Source: Oscillospiraceae bacterium (GTDB taxonomy: Bacteria > Bacillota > Clostridia > Oscillospirales > Acutalibacteraceae). Taken from it: a stretch of DNA of 42,664 nucleotides. Numbering within the stretch: position 1 is the first letter of the stretch; every line of letters begins with the position of its first letter. The notes below the pieces were generated by a model. It had not been told where the DNA came from. It saw only the letters and a program-made list of their open reading frames with translations, and did no database searches. The stretch spans positions 1 to 42,664 of the forward strand of contig SVOX01000001.1 of the NCBI GenBank assembly GCA_015066165.1, written 5' to 3'. Positions 8,484-18,277 of this stretch are shown one piece after another. Position numbers and translations under genes: made by a program.

Positions 8484-10871
8484 ATGGCGACAAAGAAAAA
8501 AAGAAGTACAAAACAAGCGCCAAAAAAACAAAATACTAAAACTCAAAAGCAAAACGACGGCAACCGTCAATTACATTCGGTAATATGGTTTGCTGTAGCG
8601 GTATTTTTGCTTTGCGTGGTTTTCATTAAAGGTCAAAATATTTGGACCTTTATACATAATTTCATTTTTGGTATATTTGGTGTTACCGCTTATTTTTATC
8701 CGTTTTTATTGGGTTTTATTGCTATAATGTTCGCAACCGATAAAATGGGAAGTTCCATAAAAGCAAAACTTATTGAAGGAAGCGCAATTGCAATTTTAAT
8801 CGGTGCGGTTATAGATGTTTTCACAACTCAAAATCCCGATTTGACTTTTTTTGAGTATCTGACAAGTGCCTACCAAAACGGAATTTTGCTTAAAAACGGT
8901 GGCTTTTTAGGTGCCCTTTTTGGAAAACCGATTTATTTAGCTTTTGGTAAAACAGGTGCCGCCATAACTCTGATTTTGCTTATTTTTGTGCTTTTAATGA
9001 TACTCACAAGCACAACCCTTACTTCGCTTTTCAAAACCGTTGCAGCCCCTGTGGTTTCGGTTAAGAATCATGCTGAAGACACTTATGCAAAACACCTTCA
9101 AGAGCAAAACACCCCGCAATTTAATATTGATATTCCGGTTGACGACGGCCCCATTGAACGCAAAAGAGCACGTTCTAAAATGAATCCTAAACAAAGACGT
9201 CTTGTTGACGCTTACCACGGTAAAGACGTTACCCCCGAACCTCAAAAAATCACCTTGCCCGAAGGCAGTGAAGACAAAGAAGTAATGAACGAGGCGCTAA
9301 AAGAAGCCCAAGAAGAAGTTGTTGAAATCAACTTCAAAGAAGAAACCGAAGTATTTACCGAAGAAGTAAAAGAACTTGACCAATCAACCGATGCCGGTTA
9401 TGTGTTCCCACCGCTTTCACTTTTAAACGAGCCGTCTGTTTCAAAAGGCGGTATAGGTCAAGATACCACAGTCACCGCCGAACATTTGGTTGCAACACTT
9501 AAGAGTTTTGGCGTTGAAACACGCATTGTTGATATTAGCCGTGGCCCCACAGTTACCCGTTATGAACTTCAGCCCTGCGCAGGCGTTAAAATTAGCCGTA
9601 TCACCGCTTTGGCAGATGATATTGCCCTAAACCTTGCCGCAGGTAACGTTCGTATTGAAGCCCCTATTCCAAACAAAGCGGCTGTTGGTATTGAAGTTCC
9701 CAACAAAGAAAAGAACGCTGTTAATATTCGTGAAATACTTGAAGCGCCCGAATTTGTATCAGCAAAAAGCAAACTTACTGTGGCACTTGGTAAAGATATA
9801 AGCGGAAATATTATTACAACCGATATTTCAAAAATGCCACACGGACTTATTGCGGGTGCTACCGGTTCGGGTAAATCAGTTTGTACCAACTCAATTATTT
9901 TAAGTCTATTGTATAAAAATTCGCCCGACGAATTAAAACTTTTGCTTATTGACCCAAAAACCGTTGAATTTGAGCCATATAACGGTATTCCGCACTTGTT
10001 AGTACCCGTTGTTACCGACCCACGAAAAGCCGCAGGCGCTCTTGGTTGGGCAGTAACAGAAATGGAAAAACGTTACAAAATGCTTTCTGACCGTAAGGTA
10101 CGTAATATTGAAGAATACAACGCTTTTGTTGAAACGTTAAAAGACGACCCCGAAAACGAAACCGAAAAAATGCCTTACATAGTTATTATGATAGATGAGT
10201 TTGCTGACCTTATGCAAACCGCTTCAAAGGAAGTGGAAGATTCTATTGCACGTATTGCTGCAAAAGCACGTGCCGCAGGTATTCACTTGCTTTTGGCAAC
10301 TCAACGTCCTTCGGTTGACGTTATAACGGGTGTTATTAAAGCAAATATTCCAACACGTATTGCCCTTACAACTTCATCACAAATCGATAGCCGTACCATT
10401 ATTGATACCGCCGGTGCCGAAAAACTTTTAGGCCGTGGCGATATGCTATTCAGCCCTGTTGGAACAAGCAAACCCCACCGTTTGCAAGGTTGTTTTGTAA
10501 GTAACCAAGAAATTAAAAATGTGGTTGACTTTATTAAGAGTGACAAACCCGCCAACTACGATGACGACGTTATGTTTGAAATCGAACGTCAGGCAGCCAT
10601 CGAAAAGAAACAAAAAACAGGCCTTGCCGAAGACGGACCCGACGAAGACCCAATGATTAAAGAAGCAATTCGTGTTGTTGTGGAAAACGGTCTTGCCTCA
10701 ACCTCACTTTTACAAAGAAAATTAAAGTTAGGTTATGCACGTGCAGCACGTATTGTTGACGAAATGGAAGCACGTGGCGTTGTTGGACCTTACGAGGGCT
10801 CAAAACCCCGAAAAGTTCTTATAACACAAGACGAACTTATGGAAATGGAAATGTCTTCTAATGATGAATAA
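8484..10871 (+). CDS. ftsK: DNA translocase FtsK/SpoIIIE
   Basis: 795 aa with N-terminal TM helices and an acidic linker. The motor domain has Walker A GATGSGKS and Walker B IVIMIDEFADL, plus LLLATQRPSVDVITG. The C-terminal winged-helix gamma domain is LLQRKLKLGYARAARIVDEME. Confidence 0.93.
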   Translation: MATKKKRSTKQAPKKQNTKTQKQNDGNRQLHSVIWFAVAVFLLCVVFIKGQNIWTFIHNFIFGIFGVTAYFYPFLLGFIAIMFATDKMGSSIKAKLIEGSAIAILIGAVIDVFTTQNPDLTFFEYLTSAYQNGILLKNGGFLGALFGKPIYLAFGKTGAAITLILLIFVLLMILTSTTLTSLFKTVAAPVVSVKNHAEDTYAKHLQEQNTPQFNIDIPVDDGPIERKRARSKMNPKQRRLVDAYHGKDVTPEPQKITLPEGSEDKEVMNEALKEAQEEVVEINFKEETEVFTEEVKELDQSTDAGYVFPPLSLLNEPSVSKGGIGQDTTVTAEHLVATLKSFGVETRIVDISRGPTVTRYELQPCAGVKISRITALADDIALNLAAGNVRIEAPIPNKAAVGIEVPNKEKNAVNIREILEAPEFVSAKSKLTVALGKDISGNIITTDISKMPHGLIAGATGSGKSVCTNSIILSLLYKNSPDELKLLLIDPKTVEFEPYNGIPHLLVPVVTDPRKAAGALGWAVTEMEKRYKMLSDRKVRNIEEYNAFVETLKDDPENETEKMPYIVIMIDEFADLMQTASKEVEDSIARIAAKARAAGIHLLLATQRPSVDVITGVIKANIPTRIALTTSSQIDSRTIIDTAGAEKLLGRGDMLFSPVGTSKPHRLQGCFVSNQEIKNVVDFIKSDKPANYDDDVMFEIERQAAIEKKQKTGLAEDGPDEDPMIKEAIRVVVENGLASTSLLQRKLKLGYARAARIVDEMEARGVVGPYEGSKPRKVLITQDELMEMEMSSNDE

Positions 10872-11760
10872 CTCCAGAAAGCGAAATAAAATAATTAAAC
10901 TTACGGCGATTATAACAACGGTTATTTTCGCCGTTGTGTTATATTGGGTACGTCACCCGCTTGGCATTAATAAACTTTTATATAACACCAATTTTGACAC
11001 ATCTCAAGATTTTATAAAATTTATAGACGTGGGGCAAGGCGACTGTGCTTTAATTTACAGTAACGGTTATTGCGGTTTAATAGACGTAGGACTTCCAAAT
11101 ACTGCAAACGATATAAGTAACGAAATTTCAAAGTACGGAATAGATACGTTGGATGCAGTTGTGGTATCTCACCACCATTCCGACCATATTGGCGGTTTGC
11201 CCGAAATTGCAAACAACTTTAAAATTGACAACCTTATAATGCCGCCTATTTTAGAAAAAGGCACTTTGGCAGCATTAAAGGGTAAAGAAAACGCCATAAA
11301 TAGCGGAAGCGCTTTTTATGAAGCCGTTCAGGGTATGAATTTTACAATAGGCGAATTTGAAATCACCGTTCTTTCCGATTTTACCGATAAATCGAACGAA
11401 AATAACCGCTCACTTTTTGTTATGGCAAATATAAACGGTGTAAAATTTTTGTTCACAGGTGACGCCGAAAGAAAAATGGAAACTTTGCTGTTAAAAGAAA
11501 ACTTAAATATTGACTGTGACATATTAAAAGTTTCGCATCACGGCAGTAACACTTCTTCTTCAAAACAGTTTTTAAATGCCACCACACCCGAATATGCCGT
11601 AATATCGGTTGGTGAAAACAACACCTATTCCCATCCACATAGCGAAACCTTGAATTCGTTGAAAGAAGAAACGAATAAAATTTACCGCACCGACCAAAAC
11701 GGCGATATAACTTTTAATATAGACGGTAAAAATATCACCGTTGAAACTGAACATAAATAG
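10861..11760 (+). CDS. MBL-fold metallo-hydrolase, ComEC/Rec2 C-terminal-domain type, membrane anchored
   Basis: 299 aa with an N-terminal TM segment. It has GQGDC...VVSHHHSDHIGG (the HxHxDH motif) and KVSHHGS. It overlaps the ftsK stop by 11 nt. Confidence 0.7.
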   Translation: MMNNSRKRNKIIKLTAIITTVIFAVVLYWVRHPLGINKLLYNTNFDTSQDFIKFIDVGQGDCALIYSNGYCGLIDVGLPNTANDISNEISKYGIDTLDAVVVSHHHSDHIGGLPEIANNFKIDNLIMPPILEKGTLAALKGKENAINSGSAFYEAVQGMNFTIGEFEITVLSDFTDKSNENNRSLFVMANINGVKFLFTGDAERKMETLLLKENLNIDCDILKVSHHGSNTSSSKQFLNATTPEYAVISVGENNTYSHPHSETLNSLKEETNKIYRTDQNGDITFNIDGKNITVETEHK

Positions 11761-11766
11761 CAAAAA

Positions 11767-11792
11767 GCGTCTTGTAAAATTTTACAAGACGC
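11767..11792. terminator. Bidirectional intrinsic terminator
   Basis: GCGTCTTGTAAAA / TTTTACAAGACGC perfect inverted repeat between convergent genes. Confidence 0.75.
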
Positions 11793-11799
11793 TTAATTA

Positions 11800-12075
11800 T
11801 TATTTTATAAAGTTTTTATAACCTTGACCGTATTGTACACAACGTGACACTCGGCTCAATGTTGCCGAAGAAATATCGGTTTTCTCAATTACCTGATTAT
11901 AGGTTTTTCCTTCCATAAGAAGTTTTGCCGCAATAACACGCTGTGTCATTTGCTCAATTTCTTTATCGGTGCAAAGGTCGTTCATTAAAATTTCTAAATC
12001 ATCAGGGGTTTCGATAGATGCCAATAAATTATAAAGTTCTTTTCGCATTTGAGCGGTAATTTTATTAGTACCCAT
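11800..12075 (-). CDS. yerC: YerC/YecD-family TrpR-like DNA-binding protein
   Basis: The tracked ORF starts at GTG 12084. ATG 12075 is preceded by AGGTGA at 5 nt. LCTDKEIEQMTQRVIAAKLLMEGKTYNQVIEKTDISSATLSRVSRCVQYG is the YerC/YecD pattern. Confidence 0.8.
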   Translation of the reverse strand: MGTNKITAQMRKELYNLLASIETPDDLEILMNDLCTDKEIEQMTQRVIAAKLLMEGKTYNQVIEKTDISSATLSRVSRCVQYGQGYKNFIK

Positions 12076-12084
12076 AATTTTCAC

Positions 12085-12843
12085 CTAAATTTCTTCTAAA
12101 GATTTACTTAAAAAATGCTTTGTTTTATCGCTTTTTGGATTATCAAAAATCTCTTCGGGCGTACCCATTTCTTCAATAACACCGTCTGCCATAAATATAA
12201 CCTTGTCGGATACGTTTTTGGCAAATTCCATTTCGTGAGTAACAATTATCATTGTGCTGTCTTTACTCTTAAGACCTTTAATAACCTTTAAAACTTCGCC
12301 CGTAAGTTCTGGGTCCAAGGCACTTGTGGGCTCGTCAAAACAAAGAATATCGGGGTCAAGCGCCAAAGCCCTTGCAATAGCAACACGTTGTTGCTGACCG
12401 CCCGAAAGTTGACAGGGATAACTTTCGATTTTTTCGGAAAGACCAACACGTTCAATAAGCATACGTGCTCTTGTTTCTATTTCTTCTACGGTTCCACGTT
12501 TTAAAAGTTTTGGAGCCAAAGTAATATTTTCCAAAACGTTGTATTGCGGGAAAAGATTAAACGACTGAAAAACAAGTCCAAAATGCAAACGGTTTTCACG
12601 AATTTCTTCATCGCTTAATGTCTTTTTGTCTTTACCGTTGAAAATTTGCTTACCGTCAATGGAAATTATGCCTTCTTCGGCAAATTCCAAAAAGTTGATG
12701 CAACGAAGCAAGGTGGTTTTTCCGCTTCCCGAAGAACCGATAATTGATAGCACTTCGCCTTTTTCAAGGGAAAAACTAATGCCTTTTAAAACTTCCACTT
12801 TGCCAAAGTTTTTCTTAATATTTTTTACTTCTAAAACAGACAT
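12085..12843 (-). CDS. Amino-acid ABC transporter ATP-binding protein
   Basis: 252 aa. Walker A is GSSGSGKTT, the signature is [15 protein letters not shown], and Walker B is [12 protein letters not shown]. This is the polar amino-acid (GlnQ/ArtP) type. Confidence 0.9.
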   Translation of the reverse strand: MSVLEVKNIKKNFGKVEVLKGISFSLEKGEVLSIIGSSGSGKTTLLRCINFLEFAEEGIISIDGKQIFNGKDKKTLSDEEIRENRLHFGLVFQSFNLFPQYNVLENITLAPKLLKRGTVEEIETRARMLIERVGLSEKIESYPCQLSGGQQQRVAIARALALDPDILCFDEPTSALDPELTGEVLKVIKGLKSKDSTMIIVTHEMEFAKNVSDKVIFMADGVIEEMGTPEEIFDNPKSDKTKHFLSKSLEEI

Positions 12844-12858
12844 TTTTTCTCCCCCTTT

Positions 12859-13503
12859 TTATGAACGGAAATAGGATAGTTTCTTCTCTATAAAGCCAAA
12901 AAGAAGTGTTAATCCGCCACAGAATATCAAATAAAACGCAGCGGTATAGAATAACGGCCAAATTAAACCGTCACTCTTGATGTAACTTTGTGCAGTCCAA
13001 ATAATTTCATAAACTGCAATAATTCTTGCAAGAGAAGTATCTTTAACCAAGGTGATAATTTCGTTTGACATCGGAGGAACAATTCTTTTTACAACCTGTA
13101 AAAGCACAACCTTAAAAAAGATTTGGCTTTTGGTCATACCAAGCACTTGACCTGCCTCGTACTGTCCACGTGGGATGCCTTCAATTCCGCCACGGTATAT
13201 TTCACTAAAGTAACAAGCGTAATTTATAACAAAAGCCACCATTACCGCTGTGAAACGAGGCATTGCACGCATACCGAACAAAAGCCCCGGTCCGTAGAAA
13301 AAGGCAATAAGTTGAAGCATAAGCGGAGTTCCGCGAATTATCCATACAAAAGTTTTTATAAGATAGCTTAACGGCTTGAACTTGCTCATTGAGCCAAAGG
13401 CAATAATAAGTCCTAAAGGCAATGCAAAAAGCAAAGTAAGCCCAAAAACTTTAAAAGTTTCAAAAAATCCCCGCAATAAGTCGAGGGTTACCGATACAAA
13501 CAT
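12859..13503 (-). CDS. Amino-acid ABC transporter permease (His/Glu/Gln/Arg/opine family)
   Basis: Polytopic protein with an EAA-like loop (...KDTSLARIIAV...). I prefer the second ATG (13503) because AAGGGG directly abuts the first ATG (13509). Confidence 0.85.
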   Translation of the reverse strand: MFVSVTLDLLRGFFETFKVFGLTLLFALPLGLIIAFGSMSKFKPLSYLIKTFVWIIRGTPLMLQLIAFFYGPGLLFGMRAMPRFTAVMVAFVINYACYFSEIYRGGIEGIPRGQYEAGQVLGMTKSQIFFKVVLLQVVKRIVPPMSNEIITLVKDTSLARIIAVYEIIWTAQSYIKSDGLIWPLFYTAAFYLIFCGGLTLLFGFIEKKLSYFRS

Positions 13504-13540
13504 AAACATCCCCTTAAGAATTTGTTTCTTTAAGCGCCAA

Positions 13541-13568
13541 AGTAGAGGTCCGTTCAGAACCTCTACTT
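13541..13568 (-). promoter_or_regulatory. Intercistronic stem-loop between the binding-protein and permease genes
   Basis: AGTAGAGGT / ACCTCTACT 9-bp stem with no following T-tract. This is typical of a hairpin that gives differential mRNA stability or partial termination after highly expressed SBP genes (inference). Confidence 0.4.
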
Positions 13569-13590
13569 AACACTACTTATAAATTAATAA

Positions 13591-14358
13591 TTAAGCCAAA
13601 GTTAATTGATATTTTTCAGCAAGTTTCTTGAGTTCGCCATCTTTAATTGAAGCCATGAATTCGTTGAGCTTTTCAGTAAGGTCAGATTCTTTACGGAAAG
13701 CAACACCGTATTCTTCACTTGAATATTCAATACCCTTTGCAAGTTCAACATAGCTTGTGCCTTCACCTGTCATAGCGTTTGCCATTGTGATATCAATGAT
13801 AGTAGCATCAGCAGTACCTGCTTTAACTTCCATAAGAGCATCGCCTTGTGTACCAACTTCTACAATGTTCTTGTAGCCGGCTTCCTTAGCGCAATCAGCA
13901 CCTGCAGAACCTTTTTCAACTGCAAACTTAAGGTCTTTTGCATCTTCTGCCTTTTTAATGTCAGCAACTTTGTCTGCCTTCATAACAAGTACTTGAGCGT
14001 TCTTAACGTATGCATTAGAAACACTTGCGTTAAGTTTTGCTTCGTCAGTAATTGTCATACCGTTCCATACACAGTCGATAGATTTGGATTCAAGTTCCAT
14101 AAATTTGTTGTCCCAGTCGATTTCAATGAATTCAGCTTCAACGCCAAGTTCTTTTGCAAACAAACGAGCAAATTCGGCATCAAAACCGGTCCATTCGTCA
14201 GAACCTTTTTCTTTATAGTCCATTGGAGCATAGTCGGTAATACCTACTACGATTTTGCCGTTGTCTTTAATTAATTCGCTGTCGGGTTTTTGAGCGCCGC
14301 ATCCTGCAAAGGAAAGGAGCATTACGAGTGAGAGTACGATTGCTAATAGTTTTTTCAT
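13591..14358 (-). CDS. Amino-acid ABC transporter substrate-binding lipoprotein (SBP family 3)
   Basis: 255 aa. The lipobox is LSFAGC, followed by the periplasmic-binding pattern VGITDYAPMDY...WTGFDAEFARLFAKELGV... Confidence 0.85.
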   Translation of the reverse strand: MKKLLAIVLSLVMLLSFAGCGAQKPDSELIKDNGKIVVGITDYAPMDYKEKGSDEWTGFDAEFARLFAKELGVEAEFIEIDWDNKFMELESKSIDCVWNGMTITDEAKLNASVSNAYVKNAQVLVMKADKVADIKKAEDAKDLKFAVEKGSAGADCAKEAGYKNIVEVGTQGDALMEVKAGTADATIIDITMANAMTGEGTSYVELAKGIEYSSEEYGVAFRKESDLTEKLNEFMASIKDGELKKLAEKYQLTLA

Positions 14359-14528
14359 TTTTAATTACCTCTTTTTCAAATTTTGTTTTTTGTTTTTGTA
14401 ATGTTTTGTTTTGCACACTTTAGAACTTTATTTTAATGAAGTGAGCCGTTAAAAAAATAAAAAGTATTCAGTTTAGTTTCGGTGGACTTTCATTTGTTTT
14501 TTCCTCCATGTGCGATGTCGATGTTGTT

Positions 14529-14557
14529 ATTATACTTCACCAAACTAAATTTGTAAA
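14529..14557 (-). promoter_or_regulatory. Putative sigma-A promoter for the SBP-permease-ATPase-yerC unit
   Basis: Minus strand reads TTTACA (14557-14552), a 17-nt spacer, then TATAAT (14534-14529). A ~165-nt AT-rich leader follows, containing a 6-codon uORF (14493-14473, MKVHRN) behind GGAGG. Confidence 0.5.
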
Positions 14558-14565
14558 GTATTTTT

Positions 14566-14614
14566 TTAAAAAATTTTAAACTTTAGTACTTCATACAACT
14601 AAAGTACTAAAGTT
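14566..14614 (-). terminator. Intrinsic terminator after the upstream SBP paralogue
   Basis: 12-bp stem AACTTTAGTACT (14579-14590) / AGTACTAAAGTT (14603-14614), with a T/A-rich run downstream on the minus strand. Confidence 0.6.
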
Positions 14615-14639
14615 TTGTGTATGTTGCACAATTCTCGGC

Positions 14640-15401
14640 TTATGATAACGTTAAATCATACTTCTCTGCAAGTTTCCAAAGGGCATTATCCTTTTCATCC
14701 TTTAAAAATTCATTAAAAAGTTTTGTAAGGTCTGAAGAATTTCTAAAAGCCACACCATAACTTTCAACCGAGTAACTAAAGCCCTTTGCAAGTGAGGGAA
14801 ACTTTTTGCTCTCACCTATTAAAGCATCTGCAACGTTCCCGTCAACAATAGTTGCATCTACCGTTCCGTTTTCAACCAATTCCAACGCTTGTGCCTTTGT
14901 TTCAACCAATATTAATTTTTTATATTTCTCACGGTCGATAGCATAATACCCCGAAGAATCGGTTTGAGCCGAAAATTTAAGTTGTCTTACTTCATATCCG
15001 TTTTGGTAATTGCCAATAACGTTTTTCTTCATAACAATTACCTGTGAATTATCAACGTAAGGGTCAGACATACTTAAATCTTCCTGACCGTATAATCCGA
15101 GTGTGAGCCCAGACCATATACAGTCAATATTATAATCTATAAGGTTTTGATATTTTTCAGCCGCCTTAACTTCAACAAATTCTGCTTTTACACCAAGTTT
15201 TTTTGCAAACAACTTTGCAAGTTCAATATCAAAACCGGTCCATTGACCGTTTTCTTTATAAGTCATTGGCTGATTATCGCAAACGCCCACCACAAGTTTA
15301 CCGTTTTTTACAACCTCTTCTAAATCGGTTCCACGCTTATTGCATCCGGTAAAACTTAAAACCATAATCAAACTCAAGCAAAAAGCCAAAATCTTTTTCA
15401 T
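14640..15401 (-). CDS. Second amino-acid ABC substrate-binding lipoprotein (paralogue)
   Basis: 253 aa. The lipobox is LSFTGC, and the fold pattern matches 13591..14358 (VGVCDNQPMTY...WTGFDIELAKLFAKKLGV...). It is monocistronic between its own SD and terminator. Confidence 0.85.
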   Translation of the reverse strand: MKKILAFCLSLIMVLSFTGCNKRGTDLEEVVKNGKLVVGVCDNQPMTYKENGQWTGFDIELAKLFAKKLGVKAEFVEVKAAEKYQNLIDYNIDCIWSGLTLGLYGQEDLSMSDPYVDNSQVIVMKKNVIGNYQNGYEVRQLKFSAQTDSSGYYAIDREKYKKLILVETKAQALELVENGTVDATIVDGNVADALIGESKKFPSLAKGFSYSVESYGVAFRNSSDLTKLFNEFLKDEKDNALWKLAEKYDLTLS

Positions 15402-15504
15402 TTAAAATACCTCTTTTTTTCTTATACATATATTATACGTTATTGAGTCTTTTGTGTAAAGTCATTTTTAATTTTGTTTTGGTCTTACATATATTATAAA
15501 AATG

Positions 15505-15533
15505 TTGTTATTGAAGAATTTGTGTGCTATAAT
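15505..15533 (+). promoter_or_regulatory. Putative extended -10 promoter for the LtaS-like gene
   Basis: TTGTTA (15505-15510), a 17-nt spacer ending in TGC, then TATAAT (15528-15533). SD AAGGAG lies at about 15557. Confidence 0.45.
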
Positions 15534-15567
15534 AAATATATGTATGCGTTTTAGAAAGGAGTAATTT

Positions 15568-17766
15568 ATGAATTTGCAAAAACTCGCTAAAAGTATTTAC
15601 AATTTTATTTGGGTTAAAATACCCAAATTTTTAAATAAAACATTTGAAGTAAGTTATTCCCCCACTTCAAAAATTGTTGGCAGTGTTTTGTGCCTTTTAG
15701 GTTTGGCGCTTGTTATATTTTGCATAGGCACTTATTCTTCGTTAGATGTTTCTACCCGTTGGTTGCTTATGGCAATAGACTTGTTTTTGCCTTTCTTAAT
15801 TGCTTTTTGCACTATATACACCGTTCGCTTTAAAGATGAAAAGAAACGTAAGATTTTTGGGTTTGTTATTTTATTTCTAATGCCCATTGGTTTGATGACT
15901 GTCACAGAATGTCTTAACAACGTGTTTGTTTACGATATGACCTACCTTGGCTTTTTGGGTAATTATTTGGTGATAATTATCGCATATTTCATTTTCTTTG
16001 CGCTTTCGGGCAGTTTTAAAACGGCATATTTAATTGTGAACACTCCGCTTTTTGTGCTCGCCGTTGCGCACAGTTATATAATGGATTTTCGTGGCACCCC
16101 TTTTCAGCCAATGGATTTTTTAAGTGTAACCACCGCTGCAGGTGTTGCCAACACTTATGATTTTACCCCAAATTACAAAATTATAACTGGTATTTTTCTT
16201 TTTATTTTATTGACCGTAATTTCAATAAAAATGAAAACGCCTAAATACAAATTATGGACAAAAATTGTTTGGCGCAGCGCCACTTTTACATTTAGTGCGG
16301 TTATACTTATTTTGTTTTATGCTACAAGTGTATTTGCTGATATGGGCGTTCGACCTGACTTTTGGAACCAAACACGTGGCTACCATAACTACGGTTTTGT
16401 TTTCAATTTCTTTGCAAACACAAAATATCTTTACAAAAAAGCACCCGAGGCATACGACCCCAACCAAATAGAGCAGGTTATTGAATCTCAAAAAGAAGAA
16501 AATCCGCAAAGCACTTCCAAAACACCTAATATAATATGTATAATGAACGAATCATTATCGGATTTAAGTGTTTTGGGTGATTTTGAAACCAACAAAAAAT
16601 ATATGCCCTATATTAATTCGCTTAAAAAGAATACTATCAAGGGCAATTTATACGTTCCGGTAATAGGTGCCGGCACTTCAAACACCGAATTTGAGTTTTT
16701 AACAGGCCACACAACCGCATTTTTGCCTTCGGGCAGTAATGCGTATATGCTTTACTGTAAACAGCCAATGGCTTCGCTCGTGTCAACTTTGGAAGCGCAA
16801 AAATATTCTTCTTATGCGCTTCACCCTTACTACGCTTCGGGTTGGCGCCGAACCGAAGTTTATTCAAACTTTGGGTTTAACGTTTTTACAGCGCTTGAAG
16901 ATATTATGGACGTTTCGCTTATGGATAAATTCCAACAAAACGGAAGTGACGCCAACTATTTGCAACAGTTGGTAGATGAAAAATACCCAAACGCCAAAAA
17001 AATGTTGGTTCGCCAATATATTAGCGACTCTTATAATTATGACCTTATTATCAAAGACTTTAAAAAACACCACAAAAGAAAACCGTATTTTTGCTTTAAC
17101 GTAACAATGCAAAATCACGGCGGTTATACCAACAGTTGTGACAATTTCCCCGAAAAAATTAAAATCACATCTTCCGAGCAAGATTATGTAAAAGCCAACA
17201 AGTATTTATCACTTGTGAAACAAAGCGATATTGCGTTTAAAAAACTTATCAATTATTTTTCCAGCGTCAAAGAACCTACCATTATTTGTATGTTTGGCGA
17301 CCATCAACCCAATATCGAGCCCGAGTTTATAGAGGAAGTTTTGGGTGTTAACTCTCTTTCCAACCTTACGGTAGAACAAGAGCAAAAACGCCACATTACA
17401 CCGTTTTTAATTTGGGCAAACTACGATATTAAAGAACAATATATCGACAAATTAAGTGTGAACTATCTTTCTCCGCTTTTGCTTAAGACTGCAGGTTTAA
17501 AACTTACTAATTATGATAAATATCTTTTAAATCTTTCTGAAACGTTGCCGGTTATCAACACAGTAGGTTATATCGACAAAGACGGTAATCACTACAAGTG
17601 GAGTGACGTTTCCCCTTATACTGAAATTTTGAGTGAATACGAAAACTTGCAATATAACGCTATTTTCGATACCGAAAACTTCAAATCAGATACTTTCTTT
17701 ATTAAAGGTTACACTCACGAAGCTTCGGAACTTGAAAAAAAGGACAAAACTGAAAAAGATGATTAA
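15568..17766 (+). CDS. LTA synthase family protein (membrane-anchored sulfatase-fold phosphoglycerol/phosphoethanolamine transferase type)
   Basis: 732 aa with an N-terminal multi-TM region of about 290 aa. The extracytoplasmic domain has NIICIMNESLSD, GAGTSNTEFEFLTGH and MFGDHQP, which are LtaS/alkaline-phosphatase superfamily motifs. Confidence 0.8.
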   Translation: MNLQKLAKSIYNFIWVKIPKFLNKTFEVSYSPTSKIVGSVLCLLGLALVIFCIGTYSSLDVSTRWLLMAIDLFLPFLIAFCTIYTVRFKDEKKRKIFGFVILFLMPIGLMTVTECLNNVFVYDMTYLGFLGNYLVIIIAYFIFFALSGSFKTAYLIVNTPLFVLAVAHSYIMDFRGTPFQPMDFLSVTTAAGVANTYDFTPNYKIITGIFLFILLTVISIKMKTPKYKLWTKIVWRSATFTFSAVILILFYATSVFADMGVRPDFWNQTRGYHNYGFVFNFFANTKYLYKKAPEAYDPNQIEQVIESQKEENPQSTSKTPNIICIMNESLSDLSVLGDFETNKKYMPYINSLKKNTIKGNLYVPVIGAGTSNTEFEFLTGHTTAFLPSGSNAYMLYCKQPMASLVSTLEAQKYSSYALHPYYASGWRRTEVYSNFGFNVFTALEDIMDVSLMDKFQQNGSDANYLQQLVDEKYPNAKKMLVRQYISDSYNYDLIIKDFKKHHKRKPYFCFNVTMQNHGGYTNSCDNFPEKIKITSSEQDYVKANKYLSLVKQSDIAFKKLINYFSSVKEPTIICMFGDHQPNIEPEFIEEVLGVNSLSNLTVEQEQKRHITPFLIWANYDIKEQYIDKLSVNYLSPLLLKTAGLKLTNYDKYLLNLSETLPVINTVGYIDKDGNHYKWSDVSPYTEILSEYENLQYNAIFDTENFKSDTFFIKGYTHEASELEKKDKTEKDD

Positions 17767-18232
17767 TACAACTCTTTGTCATATTGAAAAAGACGGTAAG
17801 TATTTAATGCTTCACCGTGTAAAAAAAGAAAACGACGTCAATCACGATAAATGGATCGCCATTGGCGGAAAATTTGAGCAAAACGAAAGCCCTGAAGAGT
17901 GTAACAGGCGTGAAGTTTTGGAAGAAACAGGGCTTACACTCGGCGAAGTTAGATATTGCGGAATTGTAACCTTTGTTTCCGATAAATACCCAACCGAGTA
18001 TATGCACATTTTCCACACAACAAATTTTTCCGGCAACATTAAACCCTGTGATGAAGGTGAACTTTGCTGGGTTCCAATAAAGCAAATTTACAATCTTCCT
18101 ATTTGGCAGGGTGATAAAATATTTTTAAAATTAATAGAAGAAAAAGTTCCTTTTTTCTCACTTAAACTTGAATACCAAGACGAAACTTTAAAAAAAGCAA
18201 TATTAAATGACAAACCTTTAAAACTCGCATAA
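17759..18232 (+). CDS. NUDIX hydrolase (MutT / 8-oxo-dGTP diphosphatase-like)
   Basis: The tracked ORF 17633.. overlaps the LtaS-like gene by 134 nt. ATG 17759 (MINTTLCHIEKDGKYLMLHR...) overlaps only its stop. The NUDIX box is GGKFEQNESPEECNRREVLEETGL. Confidence 0.8.
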   Translation: MINTTLCHIEKDGKYLMLHRVKKENDVNHDKWIAIGGKFEQNESPEECNRREVLEETGLTLGEVRYCGIVTFVSDKYPTEYMHIFHTTNFSGNIKPCDEGELCWVPIKQIYNLPIWQGDKIFLKLIEEKVPFFSLKLEYQDETLKKAILNDKPLKLA

Positions 18233-18237
18233 AAAAA

Positions 18238-18263
18238 CTCCCGTGTTTCCACGGGAGTTTTTT
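18238..18263. terminator. Bidirectional intrinsic terminator
   Basis: CTCCCGTG-TTTC-CACGGGAG, flanked by an A-run (18231-18237) and a T-run (18258-18263). It ends both the NUDIX gene (+) and the 2,100-aa gene (-). Confidence 0.85.
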
Positions 18264-18277
18264 GGTTTTAAACTAAA

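Noticed and set aside
13846-14274. 142-aa plus-strand ORF within the SBP gene, and similar antisense ORFs in the ABC, ftsK, LtaS, O-antigen-ligase and operon genes
   Set aside because: These are shadow ORFs opposite well-supported genes, with no SD and implausible composition.
14359-14639. T-box or amino-acid riboswitch in the SBP leader
   Set aside because: I find no T-box consensus (AATTAGGGTGGTACCGCG-like), no specifier-loop architecture and no GC-rich terminator/antiterminator pair. Only the short uORF and a weak stem are present.
17633-17758. Upstream extension of the NUDIX ORF (tracked start at 17633)
   Set aside because: It would overlap the LtaS-like gene by 134 nt and add a low-complexity K/T/L-rich peptide. 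ATG 17759 overlaps only the upstream stop and begins directly with the NUDIX fold.
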